A stretch of DNA of 39,196 nt from IMG/VR virus record IMGVR_UViG_3300027640_000008, positions 1 through 39,196 of that record; one strand, given 5' to 3'. The notes below the pieces were generated by a model. That model was not told the DNA's origin, searched no databases, and worked only from the letters and a program-made list of their open reading frames with translations. This document shows positions 17,341-25,904 of the stretch, one piece after another. The position numbers and the translations under genes are program-made. Source of the DNA: a virus (Duplodnaviria; Caudoviricetes). Position 1 is the stretch's first letter, and the number at the start of each line of letters is the position of its first letter.

Positions 17341-17893
17341 CCTCCGGGTCGGTCTCCGAGGCCGGGGCCTCGGGAGTCTGGGCGGCCAGAGACCGCAGGG
17401 CCACCGACGTGTCCGTGTACGCGGGGGAGTTCACGGGTGCCACGTCGACAAGCTGGACGGCCCGCAGGGTGCGCAGGGGGAAACCCTGGTCCGTCTGCGA
17501 CCACTCGTCGTCGATGGTGCGGAACGCGAACGACGACCACTTCATGTCGCCGCGTGCGGCGAGCACCTTCGCGTCACGACCGGCCTGCGTGTCTGGCAGG
17601 TCCACCGTGTACCGCAGCCCCGTACCGTCCGCCTCCAGGGTCAGTGTCCCCGCCCATGTGGTGCCGAGTAGGTGCGCGTCGTCGTGGTTCATCCGCGCCA
17701 TGACGGGCACGTTGTCCGCGAGGGACTTGTTGAACGCGGCCGGGTCGACCTGCTCCACGAACCCACCGAGGTTCTGCGAGTGACGGTTGAACACCGCTGC
17801 GTAACCGACCAACTGCCCGATACCGTCACCACCCTCACGGAGTTCGACAGGGCCTAGTGCGGCTGTACGGATCTCAAGGTCAAGAGTCGTCAT
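17270..17893 (-). CDS. HK97-type prohead protease
   Basis: GYAAVFN, NHD, SSFAF, DVAPVNSPAY. Confidence 0.92.
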   Translation of the reverse strand: MTTLDLEIRTAALGPVELREGGDGIGQLVGYAAVFNRHSQNLGGFVEQVDPAAFNKSLADNVPVMARMNHDDAHLLGTTWAGTLTLEADGTGLRYTVDLPDTQAGRDAKVLAARGDMKWSSFAFRTIDDEWSQTDQGFPLRTLRAVQLVDVAPVNSPAYTDTSVALRSLAAQTPEAPASETDPEGSGDPHPSTPVLRAKKFDLEAQR

Positions 17894-19023
17894 GGCGTCT
17901 CCCCTTCGGTGGAGCGATCGAAACCGCGAGGCGGGTAAAGGGTCTGCCACTGAGCGATCTCGCCAGCAGTCAGCGGGGGCCGGTCCTCAAGCGCGCGACC
18001 CTCGTCCTGGGTCTCCATGCCAATGCCCAGCGCAATCCGGTGAGCCTCCATACGCGACTTCAAATCAGCCCGCGCAAGAGCGTCCATGTTGCCCTTCACG
18101 TACACGCTTTCCGGGGACAACGCCGTCAACGCTTCCTCGAGCCGGTTCACCCACGGCATGAGTGCGCGACGGTTCCGCTTCAACTCGTTCAGCTCGACCG
18201 TGGCATACGTCATCGAGGATCCTGACGCGCCGCCGATGTCCTCGGGGGCGACACGGTAGATCGCGGCGATCTCAGTAGCACCAGCCTTGATGGTGTCAAG
18301 GAATGTCGCGTCGTCCTTCGGGACCGTGAGCGTTTCCCATTCCCAGTCGTTGCCCGTGACGAAGATGTCCCGGTTAGCGACCGACGCCTTGAACCGTGCC
18401 TTGACAACCTCCGCGGACCCTTCGGGAAGAACACGCGCCCGGTTGCGCAACACACCGGGGGGCATGATCCCACCCGCGTAGAACGCCGCCGCGTACTGCT
18501 GCGCCGAAATCATCTTCGTGAACTGCAAACGGAACAGGGCCACGGGGGACAGGCCGATGATGCTGCCCGGCATCACCGACGCCGGGATGTACACGAACGT
18601 GCCCGGGTCGACCGTCTGACCGTTGACCCTGAACGTGGGCAGGGGGCCGGTCTCGTCGATCATCACCCGGTCCGGGTGAATCCACACGACCCGCTCAGCC
18701 TGCCCCGCATTACCGACCTGCACGACAAGGCCGAACGCGAAACCCTTCAACAGCATCGACATCATCGCCTGGTTGAACCACGCGATCCGCCCAATACCCA
18801 CACCCGGGTCCGTCAGAATGCGCGGCTGCACGGTGAGCTTCGTCGACCCCTGGTACGCGTGCCACGGCATCACCGACACGTCATCCGCGATCCCCGTCAC
18901 CGCCGCATACAACGGGATCAAACGCAACGCCGACTCGGCCGTGCCCGCCATCAACGACGGGCCACCAGCCGACCACGGCAGAGAAGTGATAGTCCGAGAC
19001 TCAACACGTCGAAGTAGGCTCAT
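17890..19023 (-). CDS. portal protein (HK97 family)
   Basis: IGLSPV, PPGVL, EIAAIYRVAP, RALEDRPPL. Confidence 0.92.
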   Translation of the reverse strand: MSLLRRVESRTITSLPWSAGGPSLMAGTAESALRLIPLYAAVTGIADDVSVMPWHAYQGSTKLTVQPRILTDPGVGIGRIAWFNQAMMSMLLKGFAFGLVVQVGNAGQAERVVWIHPDRVMIDETGPLPTFRVNGQTVDPGTFVYIPASVMPGSIIGLSPVALFRLQFTKMISAQQYAAAFYAGGIMPPGVLRNRARVLPEGSAEVVKARFKASVANRDIFVTGNDWEWETLTVPKDDATFLDTIKAGATEIAAIYRVAPEDIGGASGSSMTYATVELNELKRNRRALMPWVNRLEEALTALSPESVYVKGNMDALARADLKSRMEAHRIALGIGMETQDEGRALEDRPPLTAGEIAQWQTLYPPRGFDRSTEGETP

Positions 19024-19199
19024 GCCGCCGCCTTCCGATCCGCGATCCACGAGATCGCCAAGACACCAGCGCCGGCCACGAACAGCGCACATGGGCCACC
19101 CCACGGCCCGGGCACGACAGCCCACACGGTCAGGGCAAAGGACACAACAATCAGCAACATCCCGATCAGGTCAAGGACGGTCGTGAGAGAAGCGCGCAC
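19020..19199 (-). CDS. small two-TM membrane protein
   Basis: MRASLTTVLDLIGMLLIVVSFAL...; ATGA overlap with the portal gene. Confidence 0.65.
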   Translation of the reverse strand: MRASLTTVLDLIGMLLIVVSFALTVWAVVPGPWGGPCALFVAGAGVLAISWIADRKAAA

Positions 19200-19208
19200 A
19201 CCGACCCC

Positions 19209-20678
19209 CTAGCCGATCGAATCAGAAATGTCATAGTCGGTACCGGCGAGCTGACGCCACTTCCACAAACCCAACGTCATACCCACCAGGGGCGCGATCT
19301 GCGGACCCGCACCCTTACGCGACCACGCCCACGCACCATCACCCAACGGGCGGGTCTGCGCAGTCTCCACAGCCGTCGTCAACATCGGCTGACCGAGTTG
19401 CACCAGCCCACCATCACGGATCGCATCAAACGTCTGACCACACGCCTCAGCAACATCCGTGTACGTCGTCACCGTCACCGTCAAACCCAACGGTTCCAAG
19501 GCCGCGTTCACGTCATCAATCAACGCCGCCGCCGCACCCTTACCATCAATCACCACAGCGTCAGCACCGTTATCCGCCGCGATCTGAGCAACCCGCTCAG
19601 CCACCCAGCCCGTGCCGGGACGGTGATCAGCGACCTCGACCTGCGGGTCGTCGTCAGGGCGCTTACCCATAGCAACGACCGTCGTCATCGACCTGTCCGA
19701 AGTCGTCTCGATCGCCAGGACAATCGGACTGGACACCCCAGTCTTGACGCCGAGACGCGCAGCCCAGTCCGACATGTCAACCACGCCCGAGGACGTGCCG
19801 CGCGCCGGCCAGATGCTCAACCGCTCCGCGCCAAACGACTCCGGGGACATCGCCTCACGCTCAGACGCGATGCCCTCCTCGGACAGCCGGTAATCGAGTG
19901 CCGGGTTGCTCCACGACCAGTGGTGCCGGTCGTCAAGGTCGATCGCACGAGACGCCTTAGCGTCGTCTGACCCGCGGGGGGTCCACTCCAACCACGCCAG
20001 GCGGTCCGACTTCCCTGCCCGACCACGATCCCGCACCCGAGTCCAGTGTTCGCCGTTGTTCTCCGGCCCCGGCACCGTCCCGGTGTAGATGGCCTGCGGG
20101 TTGCCCTGCGCCGACATTGACGGCAGCAGCGCGTCAACCGCCAAGGTCGACAACTCCTGCGCCTCGTCGAAGATGATCCGCTGAGGCGAGAACCCGCGCC
20201 CCGACGACTTCGACCGCGCCACGAACCGCAAGCGCACACCCGACGTCAACTCGATGCCCTCTTCGCCGTTCGCCAGCGACACGCGCGCCACCAACCGGGA
20301 CAGGTCCGCCGAGCCGTCGACCCATCCCCGGATACGCAGGAACGCCTCAAACGCCGTCTTGGTCTGATGCGCCGTCCAGAGCGTCAGCGGATCGCCGGCC
20401 AAGAACATCCCGTGCAACACGATCGCCTCGAGCGCGCCGCCCTTGCCGTTCTGACGAGCAACCAGGAACCCAACCTCGGGCGCCGCCCACCGACCATCAG
20501 TCCGCTCGGCAAGCGCCGCACGAACCACCGTCTGCTGCCACGGGTCAAGAACCAGGCCAACCGACTCGGCTAACTCGATTGCCTCAACCGCAGCCTCCTC
20601 CGACGCATACGGAGGACGGTGCAGAACTCTAGGCGCTTGCCTGCCTGCGAGCGGCACGCTTGGCTGCGAGGGCGTCAA
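19209..20678 (-). CDS. terL: terminase large subunit
   Basis: LDPWQ, VARQNGKG Walker A, IIFDEAQ Walker B, YTGT, WSNPAL. Confidence 0.93.
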   Translation of the reverse strand: MTPSQPSVPLAGRQAPRVLHRPPYASEEAAVEAIELAESVGLVLDPWQQTVVRAALAERTDGRWAAPEVGFLVARQNGKGGALEAIVLHGMFLAGDPLTLWTAHQTKTAFEAFLRIRGWVDGSADLSRLVARVSLANGEEGIELTSGVRLRFVARSKSSGRGFSPQRIIFDEAQELSTLAVDALLPSMSAQGNPQAIYTGTVPGPENNGEHWTRVRDRGRAGKSDRLAWLEWTPRGSDDAKASRAIDLDDRHHWSWSNPALDYRLSEEGIASEREAMSPESFGAERLSIWPARGTSSGVVDMSDWAARLGVKTGVSSPIVLAIETTSDRSMTTVVAMGKRPDDDPQVEVADHRPGTGWVAERVAQIAADNGADAVVIDGKGAAAALIDDVNAALEPLGLTVTVTTYTDVAEACGQTFDAIRDGGLVQLGQPMLTTAVETAQTRPLGDGAWAWSRKGAGPQIAPLVGMTLGLWKWRQLAGTDYDISDSIG

Positions 20679-20853
20679 CGGCAGACCCCCTCGGCTCGGC
20701 CAGCGACTCCAACTCGCGCATCGTCTCTGCGAGCTGCTTCGCCAGGGGCGCGGCCTTGTCAGACTGCGCGTCCTCTAGACACGCGGCTAGGTGGTCACGG
20801 ATTGCGATCAAACCGGCACGACGGGACTCGGCAACAGCAGCGGGCAGGTCCAT
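20629..20853 (-). CDS. terminase small subunit
   Basis: Short helical protein ending VDALAAKRAARR, immediately upstream of terL. Confidence 0.75.
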   Translation of the reverse strand: MDLPAAVAESRRAGLIAIRDHLAACLEDAQSDKAAPLAKQLAETMRELESLAEPRGSAVDALAAKRAARRQASA

Positions 20854-20934
20854 GAGGCCCCCTCAAAACTCGCGGGGAGAGAAACTCCTGCGGGCGGCGG
20901 GTCATGCGAGACGCACCCTCAAAAGAATCCACGG
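20854..20934. other. putative cos/packaging region
   Basis: Non-coding gap between the HNH gene and terS; TTTTGAGGG occurs twice on the minus strand; positional inference from HK97-like phages. Confidence 0.4.
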
Positions 20935-21201
20935 TCACCACTGGCGGGAGGTGATGAGCCGTTCGGGTTGCCGCATCGATGCGCCTTTGATGGCACCAGC
21001 GACGACGTTGCATCGCGCGTGTGCTGCACCGAGGTAGCCGGTGCGTGTGTCGTTGTGGTCGAGGTGCCAGGGTTCGCCGGGTTCGATGAGGTCACCGCAG
21101 CGGGTGCACACACACTCACCGGCTTCGACGTGCGGTGCCCATTCCTTGCGCGCCTTCTGGTGTTGCCACCCGTACCCTGACGCCGTGGTGGCGCCGGTCA
21201 T
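20935..21201 (-). CDS. terminase-associated HNH endonuclease (HK97 gp74-like)
   Basis: GYGWQHQKAR, CTRCG, WHLDH, AHARCN. Confidence 0.85.
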   Translation of the reverse strand: MTGATTASGYGWQHQKARKEWAPHVEAGECVCTRCGDLIEPGEPWHLDHNDTRTGYLGAAHARCNVVAGAIKGASMRQPERLITSRQW

Positions 21202-21202
21202 G

Positions 21203-21421
21203 TCAGTCGTCGATTGGTTCTGGCGCTGGGTCTGGTGTGGTGGGGATTGCGCGGATGGCAAGATCCTTCGCGGACACGAGGCGGTGCAGCGCCCGGTCCT
21301 TCTCGGGACCGTTGGGGGCGGTGTCGTCCACGAGCTTCGCCGCACGAGCGAACGCACTGGCCACCTGGCGTCGCTTGCCCGTGTACTCGGTTTCGAACCA
21401 CGACATCATCGGGTGCGGCAT
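21203..21421 (-). CDS. small helical protein, Acb2/Tad1-hairpin-like candidate
   Basis: V..AF...A......PNGPEK..AL..L..AKD.AIRA pattern (recognised by eye). Confidence 0.5.
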   Translation of the reverse strand: MPHPMMSWFETEYTGKRRQVASAFARAAKLVDDTAPNGPEKDRALHRLVSAKDLAIRAIPTTPDPAPEPIDD

Positions 21422-21435
21422 CGGTGCACTTCCTC

Positions 21436-21762
21436 TCAGACCTCGAACGCCGCCACTGTGACGGTGGTCACCGCGGAGAAGTTCAGGTATGCGGTCCCGT
21501 CCGTCTGGCGCAGGACCTTTGACAGTGAGAACACCCGTTCGGCGCCGGCTGCGATGGTGATGGTGCGGTCTGCGATGTCCAGTCCGTCTACGGTGCCGGG
21601 GGTGGGGATTGTCACTGTGATGGGGCTCGCGCTGCCGTTCTTGACGTGCACGAAGTGGGCGGGTCGGATGACGATGGAGTGCCCGTCGACGTTGGCCGCG
21701 GCGTAGGTTGGGCCGATCCCTGCAAGGGAGATGACCTGGGGTGTGAGTGCGGTGCGGGCCAT
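21436..21762 (-). CDS. probable virion decoration/structural protein
   Basis: AAGGAG RBS; Thr/Val beta-rich, VKNGSASPITVTIPTPGTVDGL. Confidence 0.6.
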   Translation of the reverse strand: MARTALTPQVISLAGIGPTYAAANVDGHSIVIRPAHFVHVKNGSASPITVTIPTPGTVDGLDIADRTITIAAGAERVFSLSKVLRQTDGTAYLNFSAVTTVTVAAFEV

Positions 21763-21798
21763 GGGGTCTCCTTGGGCGGTCGGTGGTTAGATGGCTGC

Positions 21799-22023
21799 AT
21801 GAGCGCTACTGAGACTGAGCCCGCAACGCTGTCGAGGACGGGGCGGTGGGTTGCCGCCGCCATGATCGCACTCGCCCTGGTCGTGTTCGTCGTCGTCCGC
21901 GTGAACGCCGTCCGGGCGCAGGACGTCAGGTCCGACGTGTATTACTGCACCATGTCCGGGGTGGGCTTGTTCGATGAGGGCCCGAACACTGGGCGACTGT
22001 GCGCGGACCTGCTGTCCGACTAG
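21799..22023 (+). CDS. counter-oriented small membrane protein (moron)
   Basis: One TM segment and a C-terminal Cys pair; converges on the next gene. Confidence 0.55.
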   Translation: MSATETEPATLSRTGRWVAAAMIALALVVFVVVRVNAVRAQDVRSDVYYCTMSGVGLFDEGPNTGRLCADLLSD

Positions 22024-22292
22024 ACGACGCCGACGAGTGCAAGTAGCCCGTAGATCGCAAGTGCGACCACGACGCATCCGGCAACGAGCCCCAACACGGC
22101 CCAGGGCGACCCTTCGTCGCTCTCGAAGTTCACGGTCGCGACTGGCAGTGACGGTGGCGGGGGCGGTGCGTTGCGCATGTTCGTGACGCACATGCCGATT
22201 GACCCGTCGAGGTTGCGCACGTGGCTGTGGGACTCTTCGGTGAGTACGCCCTCCAACGGGCAGCCTGTCGCGATGCAGCGGTACTTGCTCAC
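22020..22292 (-). CDS. membrane protein
   Basis: Cys/His N-terminus, Pro linker, C-terminal TM. Confidence 0.6.
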   Translation of the reverse strand: MSKYRCIATGCPLEGVLTEESHSHVRNLDGSIGMCVTNMRNAPPPPPSLPVATVNFESDEGSPWAVLGLVAGCVVVALAIYGLLALVGVV

Positions 22293-22520
22293 CGGGTCAA
22301 TCCCTTCGTCTAGACGTTTAGTCCCTCGGCGCGCTCACCCCTCGCTTAGCATTCCGGCGCACGTGGCCGGTCGCCCTTGGGAGGGTGTTGTTGTCAGGCC
22401 GCGGGTGTGAGGTTTGTTCCCCGGCCAGCTCATCCCCAGGTGTTCAACTCCACGGTCAGCCTTGGCCGATGCGTGGTCGCCCTCGTTGGGGTGTGCTTGT
22501 TCGCCGCGAGATGGCGGCCG

Positions 22521-23160
22521 GGGAAGCTTGTGGGTCAGGCCGCGAAGAGCGCGGCGAGGTCAACGACGGGAAGGCCCGGTGTCTTGCGCGCCGCTCGCTC
22601 TGCTGGCGACATCGCCTTCCATGTGGCCATGTATGTGCGGTGACAGGTAACGCAGCGCCGCTTGGCGCCCCTGTGGCGGTAGGTGTTCTCTGGCGTGTAC
22701 GGGTGTCCCGCCGGGCAGACCGTGCGGGCCGCCTCGGATGCGGGGATGGTGTCGCCGCGTAGCGTGTTCTCGCGCGAGGTGACGGGCTCGAGGTGTGCCG
22801 GGTTCACACAGTGGCGAACGCGGCAGAGGTGGTCGAGCTGTAGGCCGTCAGGTATGGGCCCGATGAAGTGTTCGTATCCCCAACGGTGGGCGCGGTACGT
22901 GCGCCCGGACCTGAAGTCGCCGTACCCACCGTGGTTGCGCCCTGCCGTCCAGAGCCAGCATCCGGTCTCGGGGTCCTTATGGACCTTCGCCATGAACCGT
23001 TCTTCGGCTGCGAGGCTGCGGGTGGGAGTATCGTTGCTCATATCGACCCCTTCACGGTCGGTCACGCCCCCGGCCTGTATCCGCAGGCGCGGGGGTCTTC
23101 TCTATGTGGGTGCGCCGTGCCGCGGGGCGGTCGACGCCGAGGGAAGCTTGTGGGTCAGGC
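22521..23160. mobile_element. HNH cassette flanked by 20-bp direct repeats
   Basis: GGGAAGCTTGTGGGTCAGGC at 22521-22540 and 23141-23160. Confidence 0.6.
22535..23041 (-). CDS. HNH homing endonuclease
   Basis: GCWLWT, AHRWGYE, LDHLCRVRHCVNPAHLEPVT..EN. Confidence 0.9.
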   Translation of the reverse strand: MSNDTPTRSLAAEERFMAKVHKDPETGCWLWTAGRNHGGYGDFRSGRTYRAHRWGYEHFIGPIPDGLQLDHLCRVRHCVNPAHLEPVTSRENTLRGDTIPASEAARTVCPAGHPYTPENTYRHRGAKRRCVTCHRTYMATWKAMSPAERAARKTPGLPVVDLAALFAA

Positions 23161-23352
23161 TGAGCGGTTGGCGATGTCCTGCCACTCCGCGAGCAGCCGT
23201 TGGTCGAGGGCTAGTTCGTCGCGCGCGCTCTTGAGTGCGAGTTCCGCGTTGCGGACCTGTTCGCGGTCATAGCCTTCGATGCGACGCCTGAGGATGCTCA
23301 TGCGGTCGGCCATCTCGTGGCTGGCTGTGGGTCCGGGGCCGAAGGTGTCCAT
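23155..23352 (-). CDS. small coiled-coil protein
   Basis: AGGAGAG RBS; first ORF after the late leader. Confidence 0.65.
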   Translation of the reverse strand: MDTFGPGPTASHEMADRMSILRRRIEGYDREQVRNAELALKSARDELALDQRLLAEWQDIANRSA

Positions 23353-23369
23353 CGTGCTCTCCTAGTGTT

Positions 23370-23730
23370 TTCGTGCGGGACTCTTGCGTTTCTTGCGTTT
23401 CGGGTGACGTGTTCACCGGTCGTCGTGGGCGCAGCAGTCCGCGTGTGGGGCACGGGCTGGGTCGCGCGACGACCGGGAGTGTGGGGGTGTGCCGTGGACG
23501 GGGCCGGGCTGACCGCGCTGTGATCAGCAGCACCCCAGCCTGCACCGTTTACGTCGCAGGTGGCGGCCTCGTCCACGCGCTATGACCAGGCGCGGCCTGC
23601 CCAGGGGCAGGCACTCCCAGCCCAGGGGCTGGTACTCGCTGGTGTTTTGCGCCCAGTCTGCCGCGCGTACCAGCGGATCAGGTCTGGGACTCTTCGGAGC
23701 CCGTCCGGCGCTTACCGGGGCGGGCATGAC
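23370..23730 (-). ncRNA. structured late-leader RNA of unknown family
   Basis: No convincing ORF; consecutive long stems (see findings). Confidence 0.45.
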
Positions 23731-23762
23731 GAAACCGACGTTCCCTAGGGACACGTCGGCTT
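23731..23762 (-). terminator. promoter-proximal terminator
   Basis: AAGCCGACGT...ACGTCGGTTTC directly after the late promoter. Confidence 0.6.
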
Positions 23763-23769
23763 AGGTAAG

Positions 23770-23799
23770 AATCTATCACGGTTCGGTAACGGCGCGCAA
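23770..23799 (-). promoter_or_regulatory. late promoter
   Basis: TTGCGC-N18-TAGATT with an extended TG. Confidence 0.65.
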
Positions 23800-23997
23800 T
23801 CTAGCCCTCTCGGCGCGTCGCACCCATTCCGCTTCGGCTGCCATCACGTCGGGCATTCGCACATACGCGCGGCCTCTGACCTTGTGAGCATCGACCTTCC
23901 GCCGGCTGATCCACACGTAGATCGCGGACTCGCGGACGCGGACGACGCGGGCAGCATCCTTCACAGAAAGCCACTCCACGCCGTCCGCGTCCCTCAT
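23776..23997 (-). CDS. HTH DNA-binding protein (candidate late regulator)
   Basis: WLSVKDAARVVRVRESAIYVWISR. Confidence 0.75.
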   Translation of the reverse strand: MRDADGVEWLSVKDAARVVRVRESAIYVWISRRKVDAHKVRGRAYVRMPDVMAAEAEWVRRAERARLRAVTEP

Positions 23998-24419
23998 GGG
24001 GTCGCCTTGTCTGCAACCGCGGTTGGGAGACCCGCTAGGCGGGCGTACCTGGGCTCGGTCTGGCACTTCCTGCGCATGTTCTTCACGGCGAGCATCGTCC
24101 GCCCGATCAGCGCTGCGACCTCGCGCGCAGAATGGTCCGGCGAACAGATCAACTCCAACTCTGGCCCGGTCCACTCTTGGTAATGGCGAGTAGCGCCGTC
24201 CAGCGTCTGTGCGTTCGCGCGGCGACGGCGGCGCTGTTGGCTGGCAACCTTGGCCGCCTTGCACGACTCGCAGCGACACCCGTTCTGATAGCCAGCCTTG
24301 GATCCGTGGTAGGTCACGCCGGCCCGCGCGTCCGCGAGTCCGCGTCGGCTGGCGCACCCGAGTCCGCCACACGTGCAACCGCACGGCGTTTCGTCGCCCC
24401 AATCCTTGTCATCACTCAT
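23994..24419 (-). CDS. zinc-motif + HTH protein
   Basis: HGSKAGYQNGCRCESC; WTGPELE...SAREVAALIGRT. Confidence 0.7.
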   Translation of the reverse strand: MSDDKDWGDETPCGCTCGGLGCASRRGLADARAGVTYHGSKAGYQNGCRCESCKAAKVASQQRRRRRANAQTLDGATRHYQEWTGPELELICSPDHSAREVAALIGRTMLAVKNMRRKCQTEPRYARLAGLPTAVADKATP

Positions 24420-25180
24420 GCCACGTACCCCCGATCGATCGTCATCTTCGCCAGCACCGCGTCCCATTCGGCCTCGGTGTAGATCCGCCCACACTCCGGG
24501 CTCGTGCACGCCACCTTGAACGGCAACCTGACCCCGGCCGTGGGCGTGTACGTCAACGACACCTCACCGCAACGCACACACCGCACCCCAGCCACGTCCC
24601 GAGTGCGCGTGTCCTGCATCGGCCACCGGGCCAACGTCGTCGCCGTGAGTGACGCGATCTCCTTGCGCATGTCAGCGGCCCACTCCCGCTCGGCACACCA
24701 CGCCAACATCGGCAGCAACCAGCGGACCAGCCGCGTGGTCGCCTCAGAGATGCGCACCCCGACCACGGCGCCATACTTCGTGTGCCATGCGCCCACCTCG
24801 TCCGGGCCCACCATGTTCAGCCCGTCCGGGTGTTCCTCGAGGATGAGCAACGCCCAGGACGCAAGATCCGCGTGCAGCTCATCGGCGGCACCCCATGACG
24901 CGGGCAGGATCGAGCCCTCAGCCGGGTCGTGGTACGACGCCGTGTCCGATGGTGGGGCGGCCTGTGCGAACGGCTCCCCGATCTCTCGCAAGTGCGCCAC
25001 GATCATCGGCGCGTCCACGATGTCCCCGTTCAGCCGCTGCCAGCACCACGGGCACAGCAGCCCGAACTCGGCAGCGCGTGGCAGGCATCCCCGGCACGTG
25101 TCCCGGGCATCACACTCGGTGACGTGCTGGCCTCGGGACGTGCACCCGGACAGGCATGCCGATGGTCGGTCGTCTCTCAT
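24416..25180 (-). CDS. zinc-finger protein of the late-regulator locus
   Basis: LCPWCWQRL and CVRCG...CTSPECG motifs. Confidence 0.7.
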   Translation of the reverse strand: MRDDRPSACLSGCTSRGQHVTECDARDTCRGCLPRAAEFGLLCPWCWQRLNGDIVDAPMIVAHLREIGEPFAQAAPPSDTASYHDPAEGSILPASWGAADELHADLASWALLILEEHPDGLNMVGPDEVGAWHTKYGAVVGVRISEATTRLVRWLLPMLAWCAEREWAADMRKEIASLTATTLARWPMQDTRTRDVAGVRCVRCGEVSLTYTPTAGVRLPFKVACTSPECGRIYTEAEWDAVLAKMTIDRGYVA

Positions 25181-25281
25181 GCCCGTCCCCCTTCGCTTGC
25201 CCTGCACTGTTCGCACCAGCCGTGCACGTCCACCCGCGCACCATCCGACGGCCCACGCCCACACGCGATACACGCGGTCAT
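25177..25281 (-). CDS. small CxxC protein
   Basis: MTACIACG...WCEQC; ATGA overlaps on both sides. Confidence 0.5.
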   Translation of the reverse strand: MTACIACGRGPSDGARVDVHGWCEQCRASEGGRA

Positions 25282-25904
25282 GGCGTGCACTCGTGCGGTT
25301 GCTCGGCCCCGGCGATGACATTGACCGTCCGACCGCAGTCCCGGCATGTGCGGGTGAACGTCGCGTGGACACCCTCGGGAAGCGTTGACTCGTCCACGAA
25401 CGGACCGATAGGCGCGGCAGGGCGAGGAATGAGGGAGTGTGCCGACTTGGGTTGCTGGCACACGTAGCAGAGCCCAGCAGGGAGCGCCTTGCCTGCCGCG
25501 TCGGCCCCACCGTCCGAGGGTGCGTAGTCGTGGCGAGGGGCGAGGGAATCGGCGCGGTAGGGGTTGAGCCCGACGCCGAACGCGGCGCGGGCACCCTCGT
25601 CCCATGCCCGCTCGGCCACCTGCCGGTCATGGGCGGCCGATCCGTCCGGGTCGTGTAGGCACCGGCTCGGCTCGTCGGCCCGGTAGCCGTGCTGAACCGC
25701 ACACGCGAGCGCGCAGAGGTCGCGGGCGTACAGCGGTGGCACGGGGTCCGGGAGCGGGTCTCCGAGCGGGGTGCGGTCCCACACCTCGCCGTCACCGAAC
25801 CACTTCACGAACTCCACCACGCGGGCGGCAGCAGCAGCCGGGCTCGGGATGCGGTTGTCGTCGGCGTTCTCGCCCTGGATACCGTCGGGCTGGTCGTCGC
25901 TCAT
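25278..25904 (-). CDS. hypothetical mosaic protein
   Basis: AAGGAG RBS; AERAWDEG and NPYR motifs common in actinophages. Confidence 0.6.
   Translation of the reverse strand: MSDDQPDGIQGENADDNRIPSPAAAAARVVEFVKWFGDGEVWDRTPLGDPLPDPVPPLYARDLCALACAVQHGYRADEPSRCLHDPDGSAAHDRQVAERAWDEGARAAFGVGLNPYRADSLAPRHDYAPSDGGADAAGKALPAGLCYVCQQPKSAHSLIPRPAAPIGPFVDESTLPEGVHATFTRTCRDCGRTVNVIAGAEQPHECTP

Noticed and set aside
22310-23730. tRNA genes or known self-cleaving ribozymes among the structured elements
   Set aside because: No GTTCRA T-loop or cloverleaf, no hammerhead CUGANGA/GAAA core, and the HDV-like fragments (GCC-ATCTCGC-GGC, GCTAA) could not be assembled into the nested pseudoknot by eye.
23776-25180. 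Late regulator split by insertion of the 23994-24419 gene
   Set aside because: Plausible from recalled fused zinc-finger/HTH homologues, but all three ORFs are cleanly coupled and this cannot be supported without alignments.
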